A stretch of DNA of 64,000 bases from Eledone cirrhosa (Eukaryota), in NCBI GenBank assembly GCA_964016885.1, contig OZ024755.1, positions 13,826,001-13,890,000 of the forward strand, in the 5' to 3' direction. Positions 15,931 to 29,046 of this stretch are shown here, piece by piece. Position 1 is the stretch's first letter; every line of letters starts with the position of its first letter. The position numbers and the translations under genes were made by a program. The notes below the pieces were generated by a model that did not search any database, was not told where the DNA came from, and was given only the letters and a program-made list of their open reading frames with translations.

Positions 15931-16404
15931 GAGAGAGAGAGGAGAGAAGAGTGTTATATAGGGAAGGATGAATAAGACTATTTCAGTAAAAGTCGGAAAT
16001 AAATAGCAATAGAAAAGACTTAAGAGGATGTTAAAAATACTTTTTTTTATTTTTGAAATTATAATCACCTATATTATATTGTAGAAATGTTAGACTGTAA
16101 ACTGTATTTCTGACTCACCTCATCCATATATTTTTAACAGGAAAGTGAATGGAATTCATTACACACTCGTACACACACACATACATACACGCACCCACGC
16201 ATACATACTCACGCACATGCAGGCACACATATACATAGACGCAAACAAGGGCGTGTGGTTAAAGTGTTCATTTCGCAACCATGTCTTGCTTTTTTCAAAT
16301 GTTGAGCAAACGTTTCACCTTGGGCAAATGTTGTCCATCACATCCTCTGATTAAGTGTAATTTAATAGACGGAAACTGCAGAAGCCCATCCTACATATCA
16401 ATTC

Positions 16405-16464
<60 letters not shown>

Positions 16465-16639
16465 AATAAATTATCGAGAATCGGAATTTCGGCCCACGAA
16501 ATAACGAAACACAAACTTCGAAATGCGTGGCAAAGGGCTCAATAGTTTGGATAAACCAGAGCTATAACTATCGTTTAAATACCAACACACGGAGACAATG
16601 CTTAAAATCACTCGCACAGCCGAAAAAAACGACCAAGTC

Positions 16640-16836
16640 CCGTGTTCAATCGGAGGTAACCACAATCAGTGAGGTACTCAATACTTTAATAGATTGTAAA
16701 CATCAAGTTTAATACAGAAATGGTTTCTAGAGGACTAGAACTGTTTCATTCAAAGAAAATCACCAGGAAAGTCCTGATGATTTCTTTTGAATGAAACAGT
16801 TCTAGTCCTGTAGAAGCCATTCATATATTAAAGTTC
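16640..16836 (-). mobile_element. Fold-back relic, family B
   Basis: Shares aatcggaggtaaccac...ggtactcaatac and the aggactagaactgtttcattc / gaatgaaacagttctagtcct hairpin with 35598-35767. Confidence 0.65.
16772..16814 (+). ncRNA. Hammerhead ribozyme motif (homolog of 35708-35752)
   Basis: TC-CTGATGA-tttcttttgaat-GAAACAG ttctagtc CTGTA-GA, beside the apex of a fold-back repeat. Confidence 0.55.
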
Positions 16837-16856
16837 ATACACACACGCACACACAC

Positions 16857-16957
<101 letters not shown>

Positions 16958-17405
16958 ATGTAGCGAGTAAGTTCTATTATTCGTTATCGCATTTTATAAG
17001 AAATCTTTTCCTGTATTGACTCGTAATTTGGTTGTTAACAGCGATGTTTGCCCAGATCATAAGACCTCTCTAAATGTATTTTACTGTTTTGCAGTAATTC
17101 TGTTGTAGTATTTTATATGTGTCTATTCCAGTAACTTTTTTATTCACAAGTATTAAAATACTGGATACAGAGTAGTGGTTCACCTTTAGTGTTCTTAATC
17201 GCAATGTGGATCCAGAGAACAATGTATAAGTACTCTAGAAAGGGAGAAAATAAACTATTCCTTTAGATAGATTCCAGCGGGTATGGAAAAAAACGACGTG
17301 ATTTAGAATGGAGTGAACGAAATATTATTATCTATTCGCTCGTGAAACCCTGGTAAACCAGGGCAAGCCTAGCCATACCTAGAAGATTATTTGAACCTAT
17401 GCACT

Positions 17406-17485
17406 TACGAGCTTCGTCTGAAACGTTTATAGGCTGACTATGTGACTATGAACGAGTAATGTGAAATCTTGCATGCATTAATTTC
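17406..17485. mobile_element. Mariner-type MITE end fragment
   Basis: Reverse-complement match to about 33200-33275; truncated where a SINE begins. Confidence 0.5.
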
Positions 17486-17489
17486 AACT

Positions 17490-17852
17490 CTTCTTAATAA
17501 TTGTTTCTACTTTTGGCACAAGGCCAGCTATTACCCAGTGCATTACTTGTACCTTATTTTGAACTCAGAATGGATTTGAACTCAGAGTGGAAAGGGCCGT
17601 AACTCTGTGCATCAAAGCATGGCGTCCGACCCTCTACCGATACTGCCAATCCACCGCCATTAACTCTTCTTAATAACTGTTTCTACTTTTGGCACAAGGC
17701 CAGCAATTACCCAGTGCATTACTGGTACTTTATTTTATCGACCCCGTAAGGATGAAAGGCAAAGTTAACCTCGGCGGGATTTGAACTCAGAATGTAAAGG
17801 TGTCATAACTATGCTGCAAAGCATGGTGTCTAACGCTCTACCGATACTGCCA
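17490..17852 (-). mobile_element. Two tandem copies of the dominant SINE
   Basis: Reverse complement of the 51529 consensus twice; the first copy is internally deleted. Confidence 0.8.
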
Positions 17853-19755
17853 AATAATAACTGCATGGTCTCCTATGTTGAAAAATAAAGCTCATTTGAT
17901 TATTCCATGAAAGTATCTTGGTCAGACTACGACTCCACCACCCTCACTGTTTATATCATCTTGGTAGATTAACACGATATGAACACTGACGCTTTAAATG
18001 TTAATTTAGCACCTTATCCACCCGATTAGTTCGAACTTTCCGGTGTTCGTGTGAAAAACCAACAAAATGTAATAAATTTAATTTATACCTATATGTGGTG
18101 TTTGTATATGTGGTTGAGTGGTGCGATGTTAAATATTCTTCCTTTTATCACAAGGTAACTAATTTCCGGGTTTAGAACCATTTCTACAGGCCCGATATAT
18201 AATCCTAGATTGTTACATGATGCAAGAAATTTCACGAAGCCAGAATATTTTGAAATGATTCAACTAGTATTTCATGATGACGCCTCATTTAACCTGATCA
18301 GGGATAAATATATCTACTATATATATAATTTAGGTGATATCTATAAGAAGCAGACAAACCAGAGTTTGAGCGGAAATACCCGAATTCTTATTAATAAATA
18401 AATAGACAACTCTTAAAAAATTAAGTTATCAGAGACATTAGTTGCTGTGATATTTAATTTCTTTGAAATCGTATTTTAGTTATTGGTTTCTTATATTTGA
18501 TTGTTCTGAATACTGATCTTACTATTGGTCTAAGGTGAACCAGGATTATGATGTATAATGCACCTGTCAGACCATACAGACTATAGCAGCTATAAAGACG
18601 TAAATAAATTCAAATTTGGCCATCGTTTAAGTATGCAATATTAAACTGTTAAGGAAGAGGGGTTATATTGACGAAGTTGTTAGAGTGTCAGACAAATGCT
18701 TAGCTGTATTTGTTCTTATTCTTTACTTTCCGATTTCAAATCTCACTAAGACCATCTTTAATCTTTCTGGGGTTAGAATAAATTACCAGAAAGTACTGAG
18801 GTTGATTTTATCACCTCTGCTCTTCCTCAATATTTGCTGGCCTTGTGCCTAAATGAGAAATCAATACCAAATTATTTATTTGGCGTTGAATATCAAACAG
18901 TGAAATATAATCTCTGACCAATTATGGTCCACGTCATGGTTTCTTTAAACTGCTGGAGCCATTACTTTTCTTTTGTATCATCCTTTGATTCGACGAGAAA
19001 CATACATTTATCTTGTAGGCTTAATTCGTTTCTCGGAAAAAAAAACACACCACATCGCCCTTGGGTAATCATAGCGAAGTCCTCTCTATTTCAATCAGGC
19101 CAGGGTCTATTACCAGTTCTGGAAGCTTACAGTTTACATCCAGCCTAGCGCCTGGGCCTATTACCAGCTTTGTACTGAAAATATATATTATATTTAGCTT
19201 GGGCATTTTAACAGCTTTTGTTTGTTTTGCCTTCAAGAGTGGGAACGATATTTCACATCTGGCCTGGTTCTATTACCAGCTTTGCACAAACTCGATTATA
19301 AGTGTTTGCAGTTCCAGACAAACTAAACTGGCAATACATTATAAGGGATTGCAGCTTGAATGGATCCAGATGAATTATAAAGAATCTAGAACGACAGTGA
19401 TCACTGAAATATAACAACGATCAAGGAAAAAGAAAGAAGAAATATGCTGACATATAAAAACAACTTTAAGTTAAGTGACTTCAGCTAAGTGGTCTTTAAA
19501 AGACGGCGACTAGATATGGCATTGTTGCTGCTAAGATCTACAGATAGATGATTTCAGAACAACGTTAAATGTATTTATCTGCCGAGGCTTTTTATGTTCA
19601 ATTGATGGAAGCGAAGAACAAGATTTAATATAGATAGAAGGTGAGGGGAAGGAAGAAAAGATTATGAAAGCAGCTTGAAAAATTAATATCTCTGTGGAGA
19701 CCAAATATAGAACAAAAAAGTTGTCACTTTGTGTTTCTAGACAACGCTGAAACAC

Positions 19756-19817
<62 letters not shown>

Positions 19818-19926
19818 TGTGTGTGTGTATATTAATGGTCGCGAGAATTAATACACAATACCATAGTAGAGATTAATATTTCCTTTAATAAGGCCAAGTT
19901 TATACATATATATATATGTATGTATA

Positions 19927-19957
<31 letters not shown>

Positions 19958-19995
19958 GCATACACACACCAACACACACACACACACACGCACGC

Positions 19996-20079
<84 letters not shown>

Positions 20080-20124
20080 GGTTTCATATAGATACACTGT
20101 TATGCAGTATCGCCCTTATACATA

Positions 20125-20235
20125 CATTAAGGGTACTTGTGTTGTGGTACGTTCATGCACCTACATATCAATTTCACGAGTAGGCTGTTCCATTGATCGA
20201 GCAACTGGAACACTCATCCTCAGAACCGATGGTAG
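20125..20235 (+). repeat. Interspersed repeat fragment (probably a SINE 3' region)
   Basis: aatttcacgagtaggctgttcc.ttgatcga shared with 24445-24570(+), 56285-56390(-) and, partially, 230-302(-). Confidence 0.55.
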
Positions 20236-20263
20236 TCGAGCGCACACATACAAACACACACTC

Positions 20264-20310
<47 letters not shown>

Positions 20311-20524
20311 TATATATAATTCAGCGTGAATCGTATTTCGGCTGGTAGAAAAAGCGAAACGAAACGCAAAATCGTAGAAATGCTGGCAAGCGCTCAATAG
20401 TTAAAAAAACAGAGCTAAACAATATGTTAAAACGCCATACAAACTGAATAAGTGGTTAAGAAGGCATTAACCATCTAAGCCAAAAAACAAATAAGCTAAG
20501 CAGGTCAAGCAATATATATATATA

Positions 20525-20639
20525 TCAGAAAAGGTATGGTAAAAGACCAGGTGAACCATAACCCATCAGAGTTCTCGATACTTGGTTTGGATCTGGCTGT
20601 CGAAACGGACGGAGCTCAGCGGTCGGGCTCCTGAATCTT
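20525..20639 (-). mobile_element. (TA)n-embedded relic, diverged family A
   Basis: Similar to 7971-8030, followed by an inverted segment like 8122-8160 (gctgtcgaaacggacggagctc). Confidence 0.5.
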
Positions 20640-21779
20640 TATATATATATATAAACTTATGCATATAACAGCTGTTACTTGGGCACTTTATACAAAAACA
20701 GAGCGAAAAATCGAACGTTATTGACTTGTTTCTATTGTAGCTATAATATAGAAATGAACAGATGTTCTCTTTGCTGTTATTTTATTTTATTTTATTTTAT
20801 TCTATTTTATTTTAATTAATTTCTTTTTTTTTGTTATTATATATCTCCTGGATCATTTGACGAGTGTTATCTAGGACATAATACATATGGATAAACGTTA
20901 TTGGAAGCCAGATATAAGTTTATGCTAACCAGGTGTCTCTATTTATAACATAGCATTCATCTGATACAAAGTGACGTCGTTTCGTATTTTTTATCCTCTC
21001 GCTTTCTAATTTTTTATCGTTTAATGTCGGTCGATTGCAATCATTCATAATGTTTTATTAAAATAAATTACATTCATTTTCGATAGGAAAAAATTCATCA
21101 TTGCTAATTACTTCACTGATTAACAAATAAAAGAGGTCAATCTTGAAAATAACATCAGAAACATTCTTCTTTTTTTTTCCAACGGACAGATTTGAAAGTC
21201 CATTGATATTTAACTATAAAGGAGGTTTCTAATCATATTCTGCTGATAAAACTATTCAAAATAACGTTGTTCATCGCCATTTTTTTTTACGAAAACCTGG
21301 ACAATTTCTTTTCATTTAATGCTAGAAATTATTTCATATGGCTTTTATTTATAGGGTTTTTGTTTTTATTCAGTGAAAGAACGTAGCCTTGAGATTAGAG
21401 TGTTGAATATGCATTCATAAGATTGTGGGTTTGATTCCTCGACCTGGTGACGCATTTTTTTCTTCGTGGAAGGTACTTAATTTCGAATCTTTCCTGTTCA
21501 CTCAGCTGAAAACGCGTACCAATTGCAGCATGAGGTTAGCCTTCCGATAGAGTAACGTTGTACTCTCATTCGATTAACTCCTGTGAAACTGGAATAAGTT
21601 CCGGATTTCGTCCAACCAATGCATACTTAGAAAAATGGACGTAAACCGATAAAACCTAATTTTATATTTAGTGAGAAAAAATAAAATAAAAACCACATCT
21701 AATTACATTTATGCCGGTTTACAGAGCCTTTGCGGCTGAAGGTTTGTGAGTTCGTATCACTACAATGGTGGTGTTTTGT

Positions 21780-22150
21780 TACGACCCTTTAAGTTTTGAG
21801 TTCAAATCCCACTATGGATAAATTTGTTTTTCATCCTTCCGGCGTCGATAAAACAAAGGCCGGAACAGGTATTCCCCTCTCTCAAATTGCTGGCTTTGCG
21901 CCTAAATCAGAAACCATTATTATTATTATTATTATTACTAGGGTAGTGAATTGGCAGTATCCGTTGAGAATCAGACACCATGCTTTGCAGCATAGAGTTA
22001 TGGTCCTTTACATTCTGAGTTCAAATCCTGCCGAGGTTAGTTTTGCCTTTTATCCTTATGGGGTCGATAAAATAAAGTACCAGTAGCACACTGGGTCGAT
22101 TTAATCGACTTTCCGCCTCTCCCCAAATTGCGCGCCGTGTGAAATAATTA
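21780..22150 (+). mobile_element. Two adjacent copies of the dominant SINE
   Basis: B boxes at about 21798 and 22017; conserved bodies. Confidence 0.75.
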
Positions 22151-23114
22151 TTATTATCATTATTACTGTCGTGCTGTCATATTTCCGATCATTTTTCATT
22201 TTACCAATCGTAACGTCCATAACTATCGTAACAAGAACTATCGATTCAAACATTTATGTCACCCTCACTGAATATTACACTACATAATATGTGAAACCAT
22301 CTAGAAAAATCGATAGACATAGGTACGTACATAGTAAATGATGTATGTGAATGTGTATGAAATATTGTTTCATAAGATCAGGGCGGCAACATCCTTGCCT
22401 AGATGTTAGAGGTTAGTGCCATCAAATCTGAAAAGTATACTGCTATTTTTTATTGTTACTGTTGTTGTGGTTGTCGTTGCATAAACCAAAGTCAAACCAC
22501 GATCACATGTTTTTTAAACCGTATCCACCCCATCTTTTTATGGATATCTAGGAAGTTTATTATGCACGGTATTCTACCATTATTAAGACGTTAAGGGTGT
22601 TATTTGAGACGGATTTGGCTGTTATTTTTAGCAAATTGACTAACTATAAAGATTCCGTTCCTTCATTTGCTCTAGTATAATGTTTATATCTATACGGTGT
22701 AAATTTCCAAGCTTTGATCTTCTATCACAGCCTACTCATGTATTCTTGTATATATTATAAGGTTTAAGGGATTGTTGTGATCGCCCCTTGGTCATATATT
22801 AAATTATATAAGGGAATACGCTATGACTTCGTTGAATCTTCTACTATAACCCTCTACACAGTTATTTCAAAATCACAAGTAACATATTGACTCTATATAC
22901 ATGACGGTACGTGTCTTTAATTTATGCAGTGATTGTGTAAATGTATGCATTATGTATGAATCTTTATATATCTCAGAAGACATGCAGCTGTTTCAGAATT
23001 TACTTACTCCTTCGCAAATAGAAATTAAATAGTTACTTTAAAAATGCATTGTATTGTTTTCTTTTCTTTTCCTTTCTTTTCCTCACTCTTTGTTTTTCTC
23101 CATATCGTCACCCC

Positions 23115-23219
<105 letters not shown>

Positions 23220-25689
23220 GTGTGTGTGTGTGGGTGAGTTGGCGTTAGTTCAAATGCTATAATTCTCCAGGTTTGTGACAATATATTCCCTCAGATAGAA
23301 GAAAGGTCACGAACGTGACGTTGTCCACCAAACCTTATGCAGTGTTTTGAGGTTCGGTTCGATAGTAAGCTCTGATACGATATAACCAGTACAGATAAGG
23401 CCAGATGAACCAGAAGACCTAGGTCTATAATTTCAAGTTCGTTTTTCTTCCTGTTTAGTCTATGAAAGTCTATGAAGGACGAGTAGTGCCAGTGTCTATT
23501 TTAGGGCCTTAGTAAACGCAAAGGAGGAAGCTATCTATAAACTGGAAACTGGAATCCTGATCCAAATATCTTCAAAAGTAAGTGTCTGTCTATCTGTCGC
23601 AAACAAAGCTGCTATAGGTCAGGAGCTTATTCAGGTTTCCTTGGCTTTTAGCGACTGGACTCCTTTCAAAGTATATGAAAGGCCAGGTGGGGGCGTTGAA
23701 CCGGGTGACACATTAAGAATATCATCCAGAGTTGTTTTATTTTATTATCTTATTTGTAAGTACATCATATATATAGTAGTAACCCATAGATGATACGTAT
23801 TTTGCACTGGTTATCAAAATAATTAATGAAGTATTTGTGGGGGATGGGTTCAACAAATAACACCTGGCCTGAGCTCATTACTAACTTTGCATGTACCTGA
23901 TATCACAAGGAGAATCATTGATAACTCTCCCTCATGGGTCGGTACCAGTCTATCTCAGGTAACATTCTAGTCTCTAGGATCGATTCCAAAGTTCGGATAG
24001 TCAGGGTCTGAATTATGTCTGCTCGATAAGAACTAACCAGGACCTTAAACAACAACAATAGCAATATAAAATTAATATTTCCTGACCAGGTCAACTGACT
24101 ATGGTACCAAGCTCTTTAAAAACATTACGTAAAGTCTGAAATGGACAACATGACACACTTTCTACATGTGTTAAGCAAATCAATACTTGTACATCAAGTG
24201 TTGTCAGTGTGGAAAGCTCACAGCTAGTCAAGTCCACGAGCCGATATTGATTTTTAATTCAACTATATTGTTAATGTCCTTGAAATAAAAGCAGGCATGA
24301 ACATTAAACTTACTCATCCTACCCATACACAAATGATGGCCTTGTGCCAGTTGGCACAGTCGATAGAGCATGGGACGAGCTGCCTTGCTTTAAGTTCAAA
24401 TCCTGTGGAAGCCACATTGTTTCTTTTGTGTCACATCGAATCTCTCAAAGCGTATTCGGGGTATACGCGTCTGTGAAATGATTCGCCATTGGCACGTGAA
24501 TTTCACGAGCCGGCTGTTCTTTTGATCGAATCAGCTTGAACACTCGATGTCGGAATCGAGGGATGTCCAACACATGTGTAATCTTAACATAACGCCAGCA
24601 AATTTAGATGGGCAAATTTGATTAAATCAGGTCTAGTGTTTCAAGCCCGATATGATGGAAGAAAAAGTAGACCTTGGTAGGGTTTAAACTCAAAATGTAT
24701 AGAGCGCAGTGATATTTTAACCGACGCTCTACCAATTCTAACAATCCAACACCGTCGAACCCATTAATAACCTTGAAAAGCTCACACAAATCCTCGTAAA
24801 CTAATTTTATGAAGATGAAAAAAATGAAACAGCATTTGTTATCTAATTCGAGAAAATTCAAATTTGGAACAGATGTTGTTTGTATAGAAGACTCGAAATC
24901 AGATTAGTCTTTCACAATTGACTCTCATCTAAATTTAATGAAACCGACATGGCCTTCATTATAGATGCATGCATAATCCTTACAATATATAGTAAACATT
25001 TTCTGTCTATTCACAAAATTATATATAGAGAATTTAGTTACCCACACCTTTAGCTTGTGAGTTCAAATCCCGTCGAGGTTAGCTTAGCCTTCATCCTTAC
25101 GGGATTGATAAAATAAAGTACCGATTTAATCGACTCCATCTTGTGTTCTGAGTTCAAATCTCACCGGGATCAACTGTGCTTTTCATCTTTTCAGAATTGA
25201 TGAATATCAGCCCGGAGCGATGGATTGGTGGAATTGTTAAACTGTTAGAGGAAGTGTCTGACATTATTTGTTCCGCCTCTTTTCATTTTGATTTCAACTG
25301 CCACTGAGACCTACTTAAGTCGTAAACATATTTCTTCTCCCCGTTTATCACCCCCCCCCCCCATACAGTCCTTGGGTGTCTTTAGTAGAATTCGGTCTGT
25401 TGCAAGCGTTGTGTCAAGATCTCCAGTCTCGGGTTACAAATTTGTCTTGTTTCACCCTGAATGCCTCAGGGGCTATTAATAAAAGCGACAGGCACTGGTC
25501 TTCTCTGTCTGACTAAATAGCAATACACACACGCACACACACGCACACACACGAAGAGGACTATATGTATATATAAGCCATACAACGAATATTTATTATT
25601 AGTACGGATTGAAGTATAAGTAAAGTATTTCTTAGAAATTCTTTACTTATCCTTTAATCTTCTGTACTAATATATGTATATATATATAT

Positions 25690-26170
25690 TCTCTCTAGGG
25701 CGGGTAAAACTTCCGAGATCCATGGACAAGTTCTCTTCAGCGGTCTCTGTCCCTCATTATCGCTGCCATGTCCTGCGTCTCCAACAGACCAGTGTCTGCC
25801 CTTAGGGCATCAGCATACGTTGACCTTGGTCTTCCTCTTCCAGTGTGTCTATGTAGGAGCTCCCACAGGAGAACTGAGTGCAATGTCAACTCTGGATGTC
25901 GGTGAGCATGTCCAGCTAACCTCAATCTCCTCTGTGTCACTTTTGAGCTGACCTTTGGGAGGCTCCCATACAGTTCTGAGATTTTCATCCTCAGTGTATA
26001 CTGATTCATGCTCAGAGCCATCCTCAGCATTCTCGTGTGGCACCCATCCACCATCTGAGTGAGTTTCTTGGTCAGTGTCCAAGTCTCAGACCCGTACAGT
26101 AGCACAGACTCCACTACAGCAATGAAGAGGCGGATTTTCCGGTCTTTACGAAGGTCCGACTTCCACACCG
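25690..26170 (-). mobile_element. 5'-truncated RTE-like LINE fragment (region C-terminal to the RT domain)
   Basis: ORF 25737-26168 encodes WKS..KIRLF.AVVESVLLYGSETWTLT...CHTRMLR...RRLRLAGH...GRGRPR, characteristic of the RTE-clade ORF C-terminus; the 3' end abuts a TA tract. Confidence 0.85.
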
Positions 26171-26311
26171 ATTTCTTTTTCGCCTTAACTCTAGTACTCT
26201 GAGCCGGTGCTACAGTAAATTATACATTGAGGCTGATTTATTGATTTATCTCTACCTTGGTATTTAATAGTCGTCAGCTTCATCAGTAGTTATGAATATA
26301 TATATATATAT

Positions 26312-26416
26312 TTAACCGTCGGGTTCATACTTTTTCCTATTACCCACTCTACTACCCTAAGTATTGAGTACTCTGGTGCGTTATGGTCCATCCAATTCCT
26401 TACCACAGTTCCTTCG

Positions 26417-26419
<3 letters not shown>
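26312..26419 (+). mobile_element. (TA)n-embedded relic, family A
   Basis: Its reverse complement aligns to about 7971-8075; flanked by TA tracts. Confidence 0.65.
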
Positions 26420-26446
<27 letters not shown>

Positions 26447-26450
<4 letters not shown>

Positions 26451-26615
26451 ATAATAATAAATTTGATGACTAAAATCCAAAGAGGGCTCGATAAGGATAA
26501 ATATATATCAAATATATAAGAACCCTAGAGCAAATATTTATTAATCCCTGCTTTCACCCAGAAGATCCCATTAAGGGTGAAAGCAGCGATTCTTAAACTT
26601 TAATCTGTTATGTTA

Positions 26616-26622
<7 letters not shown>
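26447..26622. mobile_element. (TA)n-embedded relic, family C
   Basis: tagtaataataataaatttga... start and cagaagatccc..taagggtgaaagcagcgatt end, shared with 41295-41505 and 52908-53090. Confidence 0.7.
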
Positions 26623-26676
<54 letters not shown>

Positions 26677-27198
26677 TTAATTATACTATTTATGGTTATG
26701 TAAATACAAAAACCTTTTGCAGTTATATATATTTTTTTATACAAACCCTAAATAGTAGTAGGCAGTAATATATTACTACCTTATTACCAGTAAGTTAAGT
26801 AGCTCAATGTAAAAACATCAGATGATTTACAGAGCAGTTATATGAAATATAAGAATCAAAGAATCATATAAAGAATTTGCCACCAGATCAACCGACCTAC
26901 CACTCTTGTTTACCTACCTAAGTGCTTCTACTGCACGTAACTCTCTGCCACACTATATAAACAAGACGCACGTGCTTGCCACACATATAACATTTGCACT
27001 ATATAACTGCTTATTTTCATGTTGTATTTTAACCTGTATTTTTGATTTTTGATTGTACCTTTTAATATGAATGTAATCTCTAAGTGTGTACTGCCACTCT
27101 AAATGCTGTAATGAATGTTGACCCACAATATTTGCATATGTATCTGTATGTCTCTTGGGTGAAAAGGAGGTCATATAACTGTCCATTCATTAATAAAT

Positions 27199-27245
27199 TG
27201 CTCCGAAGAATCCAAACCTCGGTTTGGAGGAAACAGTTGTAAGCA
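27199..27245 (+). ncRNA. Hammerhead motif with U4C core variant
   Basis: TGCT-CCGAAGA-a TCCAAAC ctcg GTTTGGA g-GAAA-CAGTTG-TA-AGCA. All three stems present; core CCGAAGA. Confidence 0.7.
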
Positions 27246-28689
27246 CAAAAATGTTTTGAACAGTTCTTTGATTCTTATATTTCATATATATATATATATA
27301 TATAGTTATACTTGGGGAAGGTCATATTTGTGTAATATTGCCAGAATTAATAACAGAACACACTCACTGTTTGGTTGGTTTTCGCTTTTCGCTTCTGTGT
27401 CTTATATATCGTTTAATTTAATTTATTCGGTCCTCAATGTTGCCATTGACTGACCAACGGTCAAAAATACAGATACAATATAGACACAAACACATATATA
27501 TAGTTTACCAAAGTTCTTTCGTTGCACATCTGCAACATCGTCAGTGGTGCTATTGTTTCCTCCCGTTGCATTGTATTTTCTACGCCATCTTTATTTAGTC
27601 TGTTTACATATTTATTATTACTGTATATATATATAAATGAAGTATTTCTGTAGGAAAGGTAAAGGAAAACAGAGTGCTCTATGATAATTAATTCCTTTAC
27701 CAATGGTTTCTTGAAGAGCTTGACACTTATGTTTGTCTTCATCGAGCTCTTCAAGTAACCATTGGTAAATGAACAAATTATCTTATGTTGTTTATATATC
27801 TATATATATCTAACTATCTATATCTATATCTATCTATATATATATATATATATATACATATATTCATATATATATATGGAAGAGGTGTGTGTTTTTGTGG
27901 GTGTATGCAGGCTTGATTGGGTTGCAAAACTGTGGAGAAAAGACCCTTAAAACATGATTAGTATCGTATATGTACATCATTTGTTTACATTGACTTATGC
28001 TTGTACGACACGTATAACTCTTTCTAGTTAAATATCCAAACTTGCACAAATTCTCCCAATACATTAGTTGAAGTAATTAAAGCGAATTTTCGTGTCACCT
28101 GAGAATCGAAAGAGATAAGTATCCCCCACTTAGCTTAGATCTTACTTTATTATCTACGACACACGCGACCCTAGATAATGCAATATTAATGCTGTGTGGT
28201 AGATCACGCCACTCGCTCCCATAACAGCATTTCTCGTCAATAGAAACATTAAAGACACCTGGCTTTCTAACATACAATTTGTGAAACTATGTTGGTCAGA
28301 GATTATCTAGGGATTCTATTAGATAGCCCAACACCTGTTGTATCTCACAATGATAGATTATTCCCGTTAAAAAGCTCGTTATTGTTATATATTGATATAT
28401 ATATATATGTATGTATATATGTTATATATGTACATATATACAATATGTGTGTATATATATATATATATAGTGTGTGTGTGTGTACGTGCGTGTTTGCCTG
28501 GTTGGATGCGCGCACACACACGCACACACACACACACACACATACACACACATATATATATATATATATATACATATATATATGCTGCTGCTGGGGAGTA
28601 TGTGAAACATTTTAATTAATTTGATGGAAGAGAATAAGGTTAGAAACCTTGAGATCACCTGTATACTGTCTATATATAAGCTGTTTGTT

Positions 28690-29046
28690 GTTGATTGGCA
28701 GTGTCGGTAGAGCACCTGGCAGCATGCTTTGCAGAATATAGTTACGTCATTTATTTTTCCGTGTTCAGATCCGACTGATGTTAGCTTTGCCTTACGGGAT
28801 TGGTAAAATAAAGTACCATACTTGGGGCAATTTAATCAACTTTCATCGTCCCTTCAAATTGCTGGCCTTGTGCCAAAAGTAGAAACAATTATAATTGTCA
28901 ATCCTTGATTTTAATTCCCGCCGAAGTTACCTTTACTTTCATCCTTCCGAGCTCGATAAAATAAAGAATCAGTCAAGCACTGGAGCTACGATAATCGACA
29001 TTACCTCTACTCCAAATTGCCAACCTTGTGTCTAAATTAGAAACAA
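28690..29046 (+). mobile_element. Two adjacent copies of the dominant SINE
   Basis: Match to consensus including the gctggccttgtgccaaaagtagaaac end. Confidence 0.75.

Noticed and set aside
19097-19287. CRISPR-like repeat-spacer reading
   Set aside because: Only three degenerate copies, irregular spacers, eukaryotic context and no cas genes.
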